DNA from: Phyllobates terribilis
Taxonomy: Eukaryota
Reading direction: 5' to 3'
Length of the DNA: 64,000 bases
Assembly (NCBI RefSeq): GCF_046119375.1
Contig: NW_027362767.1
Span: 403,868,001-403,932,000 of the forward strand
Shown: piece after piece, positions 23,600 to 35,300 of the stretch
Layout of the letters: every line of letters begins with the position of its first letter
How positions within the stretch are numbered: position 1 is the first letter of the stretch
The notes under the pieces: model-generated
The model's database searches: none
Told to the model about the DNA's origin: nothing
Seen by the model: the letters and a program-made list of their open reading frames with translations, nothing else
Program-made: the position numbers and the translations under genes

Positions 23600-24790
23600 G
23601 CCTCACCCTCCTGCAGTACATCACTCTTTTCAGCCCCTCTATTTACAGTCTCATCCTGCAGTGCCTCACAGCTCTTAGCCTCTCCATTTATCATGCTGCA
23701 GTACATCACCCCAGCCCCCTCTATGCAGCCCCATCCTACAGTATATTACTCTTCTCTGCCTCCTTTATTTACAGCACAATCCTGCAATACATAAATTCCG
23801 TCATCTATATACAGCCCAATCCTGTAGGACACCGCTCCTCTCAGTCCCATCCTGTAGTCTATAACTCCTGTCAGACCTTCTATAAACAGCCCTGTCCTCT
23901 AGTACAGGGTTCCCCAACTCCAGTCCTCAAGGCCCACCAACAGGTCATGGTTTCAGGATTTCCTTAGTATTGCACAGGTGATAATTACATCACCTGTGCA
24001 ATACTAAGGAAATCCTGAAAACATGACCTGTTGGTGGGCCTTGAGGACTGGAGTTGGGGAACCCTGCTCTAGTACATCATTGCATTCAGCCAAATTTTGC
24101 AGTCTATTACTCCTCATCTACAAACAGTCCCTCTATACACAGCCCCATCTGGCAGCATATCACTCATTTAATCCCCTCTATATACACCCTGCAGTATATT
24201 ACTCATCTATAAACAGTCCCTCTATACACAGACCCATCTGGCAGCATATCACTCATTTAATCCCCTCTATATACACCCTGCAGTACATTACTCCTCATCT
24301 ATATACAGTCCCTCTATATACAGCCCCACCCTGCAGTATATCACTCATTTAATCCACTCTATATACATCCAGTTGTATATTACTCCCCATCTATATACAG
24401 CCCCTCCCTGTAGTATATCACTCATTTAATCCCCTTCTATATACTTCCTGTGATATATTACTACTCATCTATATACAGTCCCACTATACACAGCCCCATC
24501 CGGAAGTACATCACTCACTTGATATCTTCTATATATATCCTGCTGTATATTACTCCTCATCTATATGCAATCCCTCTATATACATCCCCATTCTGCAGCA
24601 TATCACTCATTTAATATCCTCTATATTCATCCTGCAGTATATTACTCCATCTAGATACAGCCCCACCCTGCAGTATATCACTCATTTAATCCCCTCTATA
24701 TACTTCCTGCAATATATTACTCCTCATCTATATACAGTCCCTCTATACACAGCCCCATCCGGCAGTACATCACTCATTTGATATTCTCTA
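23600..24790. repeat. Degenerate G-poor tandem repeats
   Basis: Recurring CAGTATATCACTCATTTAATCCCCTCTATATAC and CCCTCTATACACAGCCCCATC blocks; strong strand bias. Confidence 0.75.
23905..24066. mobile_element. 162-bp palindromic hAT MITE
   Basis: Near-perfect fold-back CAGGGTTCCCCAACTCC...GGAGTTGGGGAACCCTG with exact 8-bp TSD CTCTAGTA. Confidence 0.92.
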
Positions 24791-27034
24791 TATATATGTT
24801 TTTGTTTAGACCATTAAACTTCTGATCAGTTTCCCACAGACATTGCAGGACAAGGAATGTCCTCTCGTAGCCTGAAGGATTCCCCACCTTTGAGCTCCCT
24901 CTAAGAAAACTAGAGCTAATAGAATCTGTCAGCATCTGCGATCACTTTTTGGGACACTAAGATGCTTACTGATCATGGTTTCTGCTCCACATTTCAACAG
25001 CAATTTGCTCCTTTTTTTTGCTGTACATTTTGTGCCTTATTCTCTGGATTTTGCACATTTTTTCAAGTTGCTTTTTGGATTTTTCCCTCAACTTCGCTTG
25101 TTAGACAGATTCATGAAATGCAACTTTTACCTTTTTTTTTGGCACAATCATTGCCTGGAGTGAAATTTCCAGTGGAGATTTTAATTTGGCGCAATTTTAG
25201 ACAAAGTTATAACTTAGTAAAGTATTTGCGACTTTTGGCACTTAAAAGTGGCAAAAACTGGTTTGCACCATTTTGATGAATTTGGCTCAAAAGACAACAT
25301 CGAATTCCACAAGTCTAAAAAAAGAAAACAAAAAGACTTCAATAAGTCAGAAATGATGGATTGGAGCCTAAGGGTGTGTTCACACTGAAGTGTTTGGAGC
25401 AGAAACCCATCAAAACTTGGAAGTTTCCGCTCCCTGGCTATGTGCACATGGAGACTTTTTGCTGAGTTTTCGGATCAGAAACAAAGGCCTTGATTCGCCA
25501 TTGACTTTCAGCTTTTTTTTGTCTGTGTGTTTTGCACCTTTTTTGTCACGCCTGTTCTTTTTGTCTTTCTTTGGTTTCCACTTTGTTGGTGGAGTTTATT
25601 TATTTCAGATGATTTTGCCTGATTCATCAAATGCAACTTTTTAAAAAGTCGCAAAGTTTGGCACAATTTCACTCTAGTCCTCCTTTGGTGTATTTCCAAG
25701 TACGACTAACTTTTGGTGCAATTTTTGTAACTTTAGGCACCAAACTGCGACTTTTGGTGTTAAAAATCCCAAAAGCAATTCAAGACAAGGAAAAAGACCA
25801 TTTTTGACTTTGCGCCAAATTCATGAATCACGGGCGCCATTTTTATGCATTTGGTACCAAAGCCAGCAACAAATGTCACAAGACAAGAAAACGTGACTTA
25901 AAAAACAAATGCAATTGATGAATTGGAGCCAAAGTTTAAGAAATTTTTAGGAGGAGTTTTTGATGAGTTTGGGCTTAAAAAAAAAAAAAAAAAAAAAAAA
26001 AAATTCTAATATTTTTGCAAATTTTTTTTTTTTTAAAGTGCAGAAAGGTTTTTTTTTTTATACAGCGATTTCAGAAAAAAGCAGCAAAAAAAAATGCAGC
26101 ACAATCACACACACTAAATATTAATGGAGCGGTGGGTTAAACCTCCAGTCCAGCCTGCACAATACAGGCTAGATTCCGGACTGCGGAGGGAGGACTGCCT
26201 TTTGGTAGCGCCATTCCAGTCTCCGCCTTACCAGTACACCAGCACCACGGCCTCCGGATATGAGCTCCGTAGTAGAATGGCGGCTCTCCCCCTTGCTGTG
26301 ACATCCTCCTCTGCTAGGACTGAGAGCTGAGAATCTGGGCAGCTATGAAGCTTCCCATCATTAGTGATTGCAGCTGCAAAATCTACCAACATTGATTAAA
26401 ACCAATGCAGAGGACAAGGACTCCGGGTACTGGCATGGCACTGGCAGGTGGACCCTAGATTGTGCTGTCTTTCGGTAATATAAAAATGCTGGAAAATAAA
26501 AAACTTACTGAATTGATTTCCAAACAAAAGGTCAGCAAACGTCTCGGTGTTGGGGACCCTCACTGATCCCTCAAATAGCCTGCCCAGCGTAAAGCTGGGT
26601 GCACCTGTTAAGTCCTTCATGACTAGACAATACGCTTGAAGTTTGAATTATTTTTTTTGTCCTACCCCCTCCAGGAGACATAACGTGTTTTTTTTTTTTT
26701 TTAAGTCGACCATTGTACAAGGGCATTTTTTTTTTTTTTTGCAGGATGAGTTGTAGCTTTCAATGACGCCGTTCATTTTACCAAGTAATGTACTTGGAAA
26801 AACAGGGAAAAAATCCACGTGACCGGGTGACCCGATCCTTCAGGTCAATGCGATTCCTGCAAGACCAAACTTTAAAAAGAATAAAATAAAAATAAATAAA
26901 CAAACAAAATAAACCCCCATTATATTCCAGAAAATGCAGCCGGTGTCGATCTTTACTTTTTCACTATTTTGGATGTGCTGCCTCCCTTTTTTTTGTTTTT
27001 ATACTAATTTTATATACCAATTAGTGTGTGTGTG

Positions 27035-27074
<40 letters not shown>

Positions 27075-30000
27075 TATAATGTGTGTGTATATATATATAC
27101 AATGTGTTAGTGGTTAAAAAAAATTATATATATTAGTGTATATATACTAACCTTAAATGTATATTTATTTATGGTCAGATGTTACAAAAAAAAATGCTGA
27201 CGTTTGTAAAATAAAAAAATAAATAAATTGGTGGCAGCTGATGCTTCTACCCACAATGGAAGAGGAGACCGTTAGAGGACACCAGCAGCAGTACGGAGGA
27301 ACACGAGTGGGTATATAGTACCACCATGGACCTGTTTTTTTATACATTTTGTTAGTAGTGAACAATCGCTATTTTAGCACTCAGTAGGGATCATTATGAA
27401 GGAAATAAGTGCCATAACGAGTCTCCAACCAAGCAGTCAGGAACAAAAACTGAGACTCATTATAAGGAGGTTCTGTCCTCTGTGATGTATGAGACGGAAG
27501 CAGTGGTCGCTCGTCTCGGCTTTATACTCCAGAGCCGCACTCACTATTCTGCCGGTGCAGTCACTGTGTACATACATTACATTACTGATCCTGAGTTACA
27601 TCCTGTGTTATACTCCAGAGCCGCACTCACTATTCTGCCGGTGCAGTCACTGTGCTCATACATTACATTACTGATCCTGAGTTACATCCAGTATTATACT
27701 CCAGAGCTGCACTCACTATTCTGCTGGTGCAATCACTGTGTACATACATTACATTACTGATCCTGAGTTACATCCTGTATTATACTCCAGACCTGCACTC
27801 ACTATTCTGCTGGTGCAGTCACTGTGCTCATACATTACATTACTGATCCTGTGTTACATCCTGTATTATACTCCAGAGCCGCACTCACTATTCTGCCGGT
27901 GCAGTCACTGTGTACATACATTACATTACTGATCATGCACTGATCCTGAGATACATCCTGTATTATCCTCCAGAGCTGCACTCACTATTCTGCTGGTGCA
28001 GTCACTGTGTACATACATTACATTACTCATCCTGAGTTACATCTTGTATTATACTCCAGAGCTGCACTCACTATTCTGCTGGTGCAGTCACTGTGCTCAT
28101 ACATTACATTACTGATCCTGAGTTACATCCTGTATTATACTCCAGAGCCGCACTCACTATTCTGCCGGTGCAGTCACTGTGCTCATACATTACATTACTG
28201 ATCCTGAGTTACATCCTGTATTATACTCCAGAGCTGCACTCACTATTCTGCTGGTGCAGTCACTGTGTACATACATTACATTACTGATCCTGAGTTACAT
28301 CCAGTATTATATTCCAGAGCTGCACTCATTATTCTGCTGGTGGAGTCACTGTGTACATACATTACATTACTGATCCGGAGTTATATCCTGTATTATACTC
28401 CAGAGCTGCACTCACTATTCTGCTGGTGCAGTCACTGTGTACATACATTACATTACTGATCCTGTGTTACATCCTGTATTATACTCCAGAGCTGCACTCA
28501 CTATTCTGCTGGTGCAGTCACTGTGCTCATACATTACATTACTGATCCTGAGTTACATCCTGTATTATACTCCAGAGCCGCACTCACTATTCTGCCGGTG
28601 CAGTCACTGTGCTCATACATTACATTACTGATCCTGAGTTACATCCTGTATTATACTCCAGAGCTGCACTCACTATTCTGCTGGTGCAGTCACTGTGTAT
28701 ATACATTACATTACTGATCCTGAGTTACATCCAGTATTATATTCCAGAGCTGCACTCATTATTCTGCTGGTGGAGTCACTGTGTACATACATTACATTAC
28801 TGATCCGGCGTTATATCCTGTATTATACTCCAGAGCTGCACTCACTATTCTGCTGGTGCAGTCACTGTGTACATACATTACATTACTGATCCTGTGTTAC
28901 ATCCTGTATTATACTCCAGAGCAGCACTCACTATTCTGCTGGTGCAGTCACTGTGTACATACATTACATTACTGATCATGCACTGATCCTGAGATACATC
29001 CTGTATTATCCTCCAGAGCTGCACTCACTATTCTGCTGGTGCAGTCACTGTGTACATACATTACATTACTGATCCTGAGTTACATCTTGTATTATACTCC
29101 AGAGCTGCACTCACTATTCTGCTGGTGCAGTCACTGTGCTCATACATTACATTACTTATCCTGTACTGATCCTGAATTACATCCTGTATTATACCCCAGA
29201 GCTGCACTCACTATTCTGCTGGTGCAGTCACTGTGTACATACATTACATTACTGATCCTGAGTTACATTCTGTATTATACTCCAGAGCTGCAATCACTAT
29301 TCTGCTGGTGCAGTCACTGTGTTCATACATTACATTACTGATCCTGAGTTATATCCTGTATTATACTCCAGAGCTGCAGTCACTATTCTGCTGGTGCAGT
29401 CACTGTGTACATACATTACATTACTGATCCTGTACTGATCCTGAGTTACATCCTGTATTATACTCCAGAGCTGCACTCACTATTCTGCTGGTGGAGTCAC
29501 TGAGTACATACATTACATTACTGATCCTGAGTTACATCCTGTATTATACTCCAGAGCTGCACTCACTATTCTGCTGGTGCAGTCACTGTGTACATACATT
29601 ACTGATCCTGAGTTACATCTTGTATTATACTCCAGAGCTGCACTCACTATTCTGCTGGTGCAGTCACTGTGTACATACATTACTGATCCTGAGTTACATC
29701 TTGTATTATACTCCAGAGCTGCACTCACTATTCTGCTGGTGCAGTCACTGTGTACATACATTACTGATCCTGAGTTACATCTTGTATTATACTCCAGAGC
29801 TGCACTCACTATTCTGCTGGTGCAGTCACTGTGTACATACATTACTGATCCTGAGTTACATCTTGTATTATACTCCAGAGCTGCACTCACTATTCTGCTG
29901 GTGCAGTCACTGTGTACATACATTACATTACTGATCCTGTGTTACATCTTGTATTATACTCCAGAGCTGCACTCACTATTCTGCTGGTGCAGTCACTGTG

Positions 30001-31102
30001 TACATACATTACATTACTGATCCTGTACTGATCCTGAGTTACATCCTGTATTATACCCCTGAGCTGCACTCACTATTCTGCTGGTGCAGTCACTGTGTAC
30101 ATACATTACATTACTGATTCTGAGTTACATCTTGTTGTAGCGTCGGCGTCCCTGCCCTCTGCTAGGCAGGGACGCTGTTCCCCTCACCTCTCCGCTCTGT
30201 GCCCGGCGTCCTCCTCCCGCTCTACTGGCAGCGCGCGCTGCTTACCGGCCACCGTGCTTAAGGCGCGCGCGCTCCCCCTCTCTTAAAGGGGCCGCGCGCG
30301 TCGTCCTAAGGAGTCCCCGGCCAATGGCCGGAGGACCTCACCATATATAAGGCACCTCCTCCAAAATGGAGGTGCCCGAGCAATGTTGTTGCATAGTCTA
30401 TCACTCTGCTTCAGCCCTCAGGTCCTGTTACCAGTTACCTGCCAGATTCCTGCTTGATACCTGCCTGATACTTGTCTATCTACTTGCATTCCTGCGGTCC
30501 GACAGTCTGCCTACCAGCCCTGCCAATCTGTCTATGGATCTGATTGCCCGCTCACCTGGGAGCGCTCATCTGCTACCTGCCTGCTAGCCTACCTGGAGTC
30601 TCTGCCGTCACGTGCTGTGACCACCTGCCTGTCCAGAGACTCTTACCCGCTCACCTGGGAGCGTCCGCCTGCTACCTGCCTGCTAGCCTACCTGGAGGCT
30701 CTGCCGTCACGTGCTGTGACCACCTGCCTGTCCAGAGACTCTTGCCCACTCACCTGGGAGCGTCCACCTGCTACCTGCCTGCTAGTCTATCTGGAGGCTT
30801 CGCCGTCACTTGCTGTGACCACCCGCCTGTCAAGAGACTGTTCCCGTCACTTGCCGTGACCTCCTGCCCTTCTACCCAGAGACTGTCCCCGTCACTTGCC
30901 GTGACCTCCTGCCCTTCTACCCAGAGACTGTCCCCGTCACTTGCCGTGACCTCCTGCCCTTCTACCCAGAGACTGTCCCCGTCACTTGCCGTGACTACCT
31001 GCCCGCCTACCCTGGGAGCCACCCGCTTCCTTACAAGGACTGCCCCTTTGTATCGTAGCTCAGAGGTTCCATCTCCCTGACCCGTTACAGTTTGCTCGGG
31101 CC

Positions 31103-32050
31103 GTGGAACCCGGTGGCACCCAAGCTCCCTCGCTCTCGGACCTATGTCATGAACTGTCCCGTCAAAGGTCCCAACAGGAGTCCATCCTGAGTCATCTGCG
31201 GAATGTCAACTCTCGCCTGGACACTCTGACTGCTCCACCAGCAACCACCGCTAGTGTCATGACTCGTAGCCCGGCAGCGCCGCTGCCCACCAATACCATG
31301 GCATCCTGCCCCGGACCCCGGCTTTCTGCACCTCCTCGCTTCGGAGGCGACCCCGCTCAAGCTCAGGGCTTCATAAACCAGTGCACCCTGCACTTTGAAC
31401 TCCTGTCCCACCAGTTTATCTCCGACCGGGCCAAAGTAGCCTTCATCATGTCCCATCTCACGGGGGAGGCACTGGCTTGGCTAAATCCTCTATGGGAGAG
31501 AGGAGACCCCCTGGTGTCCAACCTGCCAGCCTTTCTCATGGCTTTCCGGAAAGTCTTCGACGAACCCGGACGGAAGACCTCATCCGCATCATCTCTGCTA
31601 CGCCTCAATCAAGGAAATCTCACCGTGGGCCAATATGCCATACGGTTCCGTACCCTTGCTTCGGAGTTGGCCTGGGATAACGACGCCCTGGTGTCTGTCT
31701 TTTGGGAGGGTCTGTCCGGCCGTATTAAAGATGAACTCGCCGGTCGGGACATTCCTACCACTCTCGACGACTTAATAACTCTTGCCACCCGGATTGACAT
31801 CCGGTTCCAGGAACGCGCCAAAGAGGTCACCCGTGAGAGGAGGTTTCCACGTCTAGCCCCTACCTTTCAGAAATCCGTCACTTCTCCTACTCCCCAGGCG
31901 CACTCACCCGAGCCTATGCAGGTCGACCAGACCAAGATGGTCAAGACCCGTCAAGAGTTACGCCGAGCCGAGGGGAGCTGCTTCTACTGTGGCAGTAAGG
32001 AGCACCGGATCCGTTCCTGCCCAGAGAGGTCGGGAAACGCCTGTGTCTAG
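31103..32050 (+). CDS. Retrotransposon Gag
   Basis: Sushi/PEG10-like capsid ([25 protein letters not shown]) and CCHC knuckle [14 protein letters not shown]; begins with GTG rather than ATG. Confidence 0.9.
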   Translation: MEPGGTQAPSLSDLCHELSRQRSQQESILSHLRNVNSRLDTLTAPPATTASVMTRSPAAPLPTNTMASCPGPRLSAPPRFGGDPAQAQGFINQCTLHFELLSHQFISDRAKVAFIMSHLTGEALAWLNPLWERGDPLVSNLPAFLMAFRKVFDEPGRKTSSASSLLRLNQGNLTVGQYAIRFRTLASELAWDNDALVSVFWEGLSGRIKDELAGRDIPTTLDDLITLATRIDIRFQERAKEVTRERRFPRLAPTFQKSVTSPTPQAHSPEPMQVDQTKMVKTRQELRRAEGSCFYCGSKEHRIRSCPERSGNACV

Positions 32051-35000
32051 GATCGCTCAGAGAGGTCGTCCTAGACAAGAGTAAACCCTCTCCATCTCTG
32101 TTGTTGTCGGTCTCTATCATCTGCGGGGAGAACCGTTATTTTGAACTAGCCCAACTTGACTCTGGAGCTGCCGGAAATCTCATTTCTCAGTCCCTGGTAG
32201 AGAAATACCGCATTCCCACCAAACCTCTGGCTGTACCCTTATCTGTCGCTGCCGTGGATGGGGGCCTCTTACCACATCCCATCCAACTCATCACCGAATC
32301 CATAACCCTGCAGGTGGGAATGCTGCACTCTGAGAGCATCTTCTTTCATGTTCTGCCTGGACTCTCTCACGCCCTCTTGCTAGGCCTACCTTGGCTTCAG
32401 AAACATGCACCCGTGCTTGATTGGCAGACCGGAGAAGTCCTTCGCTGGGGACAGGACTGCCATAAGACTTGTTTAGTTCCCGTCCATCCTATCCATCCTT
32501 CTCCTACCCCAACCAATCTACCTGGTCTTCCGGTTCCCTATTGGTCTTATGCGAACGTCTTTAATAAAAAGGAGGCAGAGACATTACCCCCTCATAGACC
32601 ATACGACTGCCCAATCGACCTGATGCCCGGCGCTACTCCTCCCCGTGGGCGTATTTACCCTTTGTCCGCTGCCGAGACCCGGTCCATGTCTGAATATATT
32701 GAGGAGAATCTGGCCCAGGGATTTATCCGGAAATCGACCTCCCCGGCGGGAGCAGGCTTCTTCTTCGTCAAAAAGAAGGACGGCTCACTCCGTCCCTGTA
32801 TAGACTATAGAGGCCTTAACCAGATCACGGTGAAGAATAAATACCCCCTTCCGCTCATTCCGGAATTATTTGACCGTCTGAGGGGGGCTAGAATCTTCAC
32901 CAAGCTGGACCTCCGTGGGGCGTATAACCTGATCCGTATCCGTCAGGGGGATGAATGGGAGACGGCATTCAACACCCGGGACGGCCACTATGAATATCTG
33001 GTAATGCCCTTCGGTCTCTGTAACGCTCCCGCCGTCTTTCAAGAGTTGGTCAATGACATCTTCCGGGACCTTCTCTACTCCTGCGTAGTGGTGTACCTGG
33101 ACGACATCTTGGTCTTCTCTCCGGATCTTCTCACTCACCGGAGGGATGTTCGTCAGGTCCTGCTCAGGCTCAGGCAGAACCACCTCTACGCTAAATATGA
33201 GAAGTGCCTCTTTGAGCAGACCTCGCTTCCGTTCTTGGGCTACATTATTTCTCAGACCGGCCTCTGAATGGATCCTGAGAAACTGTCTGCCATCCAGAAG
33301 TGGCCCCGACCAGAGGGGTTGAAGGCTATTCAGCGGTTCCTGGGCTTCGCCAACTACTACCGCCTCTTCATACCGCACTTCTCTTCCCGGACTGCTCCAA
33401 TCTCTGCGCTCACCCGTAAGGGTACTAATCCCAGAGAATGGCCGCCCGAAGCAGAGGAAGCCTTTCTTTCCTTAAAACAGGCTTTCTCTTCCGCCCCGGT
33501 GCTGCATCGTCCGGACGGCAACAAACAATTCTTCCTGGAAGTGGACGCCTCCTCCTCTGGAGCCGGAGCGGTACTTACCCAAAAGTCGTCTTCCGGAAGA
33601 ATGGTAACTTGCGGCTTCTTCTCCAAACTCTTCTCCCCTTCTGAGCGTAATTATTCTATAGGAGACCGAGAGTTATTGGCCATTAAGCTGGCACTGGAGG
33701 AGTGGCGTTACCTGCTCGAGGGGGCTCTTCACCCGGTAATTATTTACACGGACCACAAGAACTTGGCTTACCTCCAGAGCGCCCAGAGACTTAACCCGCG
33801 CCAAGCCCGGTGGTCCTTGTTTTTTGCCCGCTTTGATTTCACTCTTCATTTTCGCCCGGCAGACAAAAACATCAAAGCTGACGCCTTGTCCCGATCCTTC
33901 CTGGTGTCTGATCTAGAGGAGGAGCCTAAGGACATCATTGATCCCGCCAGAGTAATGCAGGTGGCCCCCGTGAATCTAAATCGTCTCCCTCCCGGTAAGA
34001 CGTCCGTAACAGTACCTGATCGGAAGAAGATCCTACACTGGGGTCACTCGTCTAAGCTAGCTGGCCACGCCGGTCAGAAAAAGACCCTCCAGCTTATTAC
34101 CCGGCATTACTGGTGACCTACCCTGCACAAGGACGTAATAGACTTTGTTTCAGCCTGTGTGTCCTGCGCCCGCAACAAGGTTCCGAGACATCTGCCAGCC
34201 GGTCGCCTCCTTCCTCTTCCAGTACCTGCTGCCCCGTGGCAGCATATAGCTATGGACTTTATAACGGATCTCCCTGTCTCTGCCGGTTGTAGGGTCATTT
34301 GGGTGGTCGCTGACCGCTTTTCCAAGATGGCTCACTTCACTCCCCTGCCGGGCCTCCCGTCTGCACCCGAGCTGGCTAAAGACTTTATCCGCCACATCTT
34401 CCGTCTCCATGGCCTGCCCCTCCACATCGTGTCGGATCGTGGGGTTCAGTTCACCTCACGCTTCTGGAGAGCCACATGTAAGCTGCTGGACGTCACCCTG
34501 GACTTCTCCTCCGCTTACCACCCACAGTCCAATGGTCAAGTGGAGCGGATCAATCAGATCCTGACCAGTTACCTCCGGCACTTCGTTAATGCCCACCATT
34601 CGGACTGGGTGGATCTCCTACCATGGGCCGAGTTCTCTTACAATAATCACGAGAGCGAATCTTCCTCCAAATCCCCGTTTTTTGTAGTCTTCGGTCAGCA
34701 TCCTCGGATCCCATTTCCCGTCTCCACCTCGGTGGACAATCCGGCTGCGGAATCTCTCGTTAGCGAATTCTCCTCCATTTGGGAGAGTACCCGATCCGCA
34801 CTCCTTCAGTCGTCCGAGCGGATGAAAAGACACGCTGGCAAAAAACGCCTGGATCCTCCACAATTCCGTCCTGGAGATAAAGTCTGGCTCTCGTCCAAGT
34901 ATGTCCGGATCAAGATTCCTTCCTACAAGTTAGGGCCTCGGTTCATCGGCCCACTGGAAGTTATCAAACAAATCAACCCAGTGGCCTATAAATTGAAACT

Positions 35001-35300
35001 CCCGGCCAACTTGCGGATCCCTAACTCCTTCCATGTATCTCTCCTCAAACCCGTGGTACTTAACTCTTTTTCCAAGTCTACAGGTACGCCTCCTGCTCCG
35101 GTTTCCGCTGAAAACGAGTTTGAGGTAGAGAACATTCTGGCCACCAAAAGGGTAAGAGGAAAGACCTTTTTTCTAGTGGATTGGAAGGGGTTTGGTCCTG
35201 AGGAGAGAACGTGGGAGCCCCGGGAGAACATCCATGCCCCTCTCATCCTTGATAAATTTCTGTCTGGCCTAAAAAATGGGGGGCCTAAAGGGGGGGGTAC
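32032..35300 (+). pseudogene. Retrotransposon Pol with two in-frame stops
   Basis: Protease LDSGAAG, RT YLDD, RNase H DAS, integrase zinc finger and DDE, chromodomain FEVENIL...FLVDWKGFGPEERTWEP; TGA at 33265-67 and 34114-16 in the same frame. Confidence 0.95.

Noticed and set aside
26124-26330. Possible first exon or promoter of paralogue A (GTAAGG donor near 26232)
   Set aside because: Only a donor-like hexamer and mild GC enrichment; no homology to the paralogue B promoter; insufficient support.
30544-31080. 178-aa and 205-aa repetitive ORFs in the LTRs as genes
   Set aside because: Open only because repeat periods (99 and 45 bp) are multiples of three; non-ATG starts and no recognisable domain.
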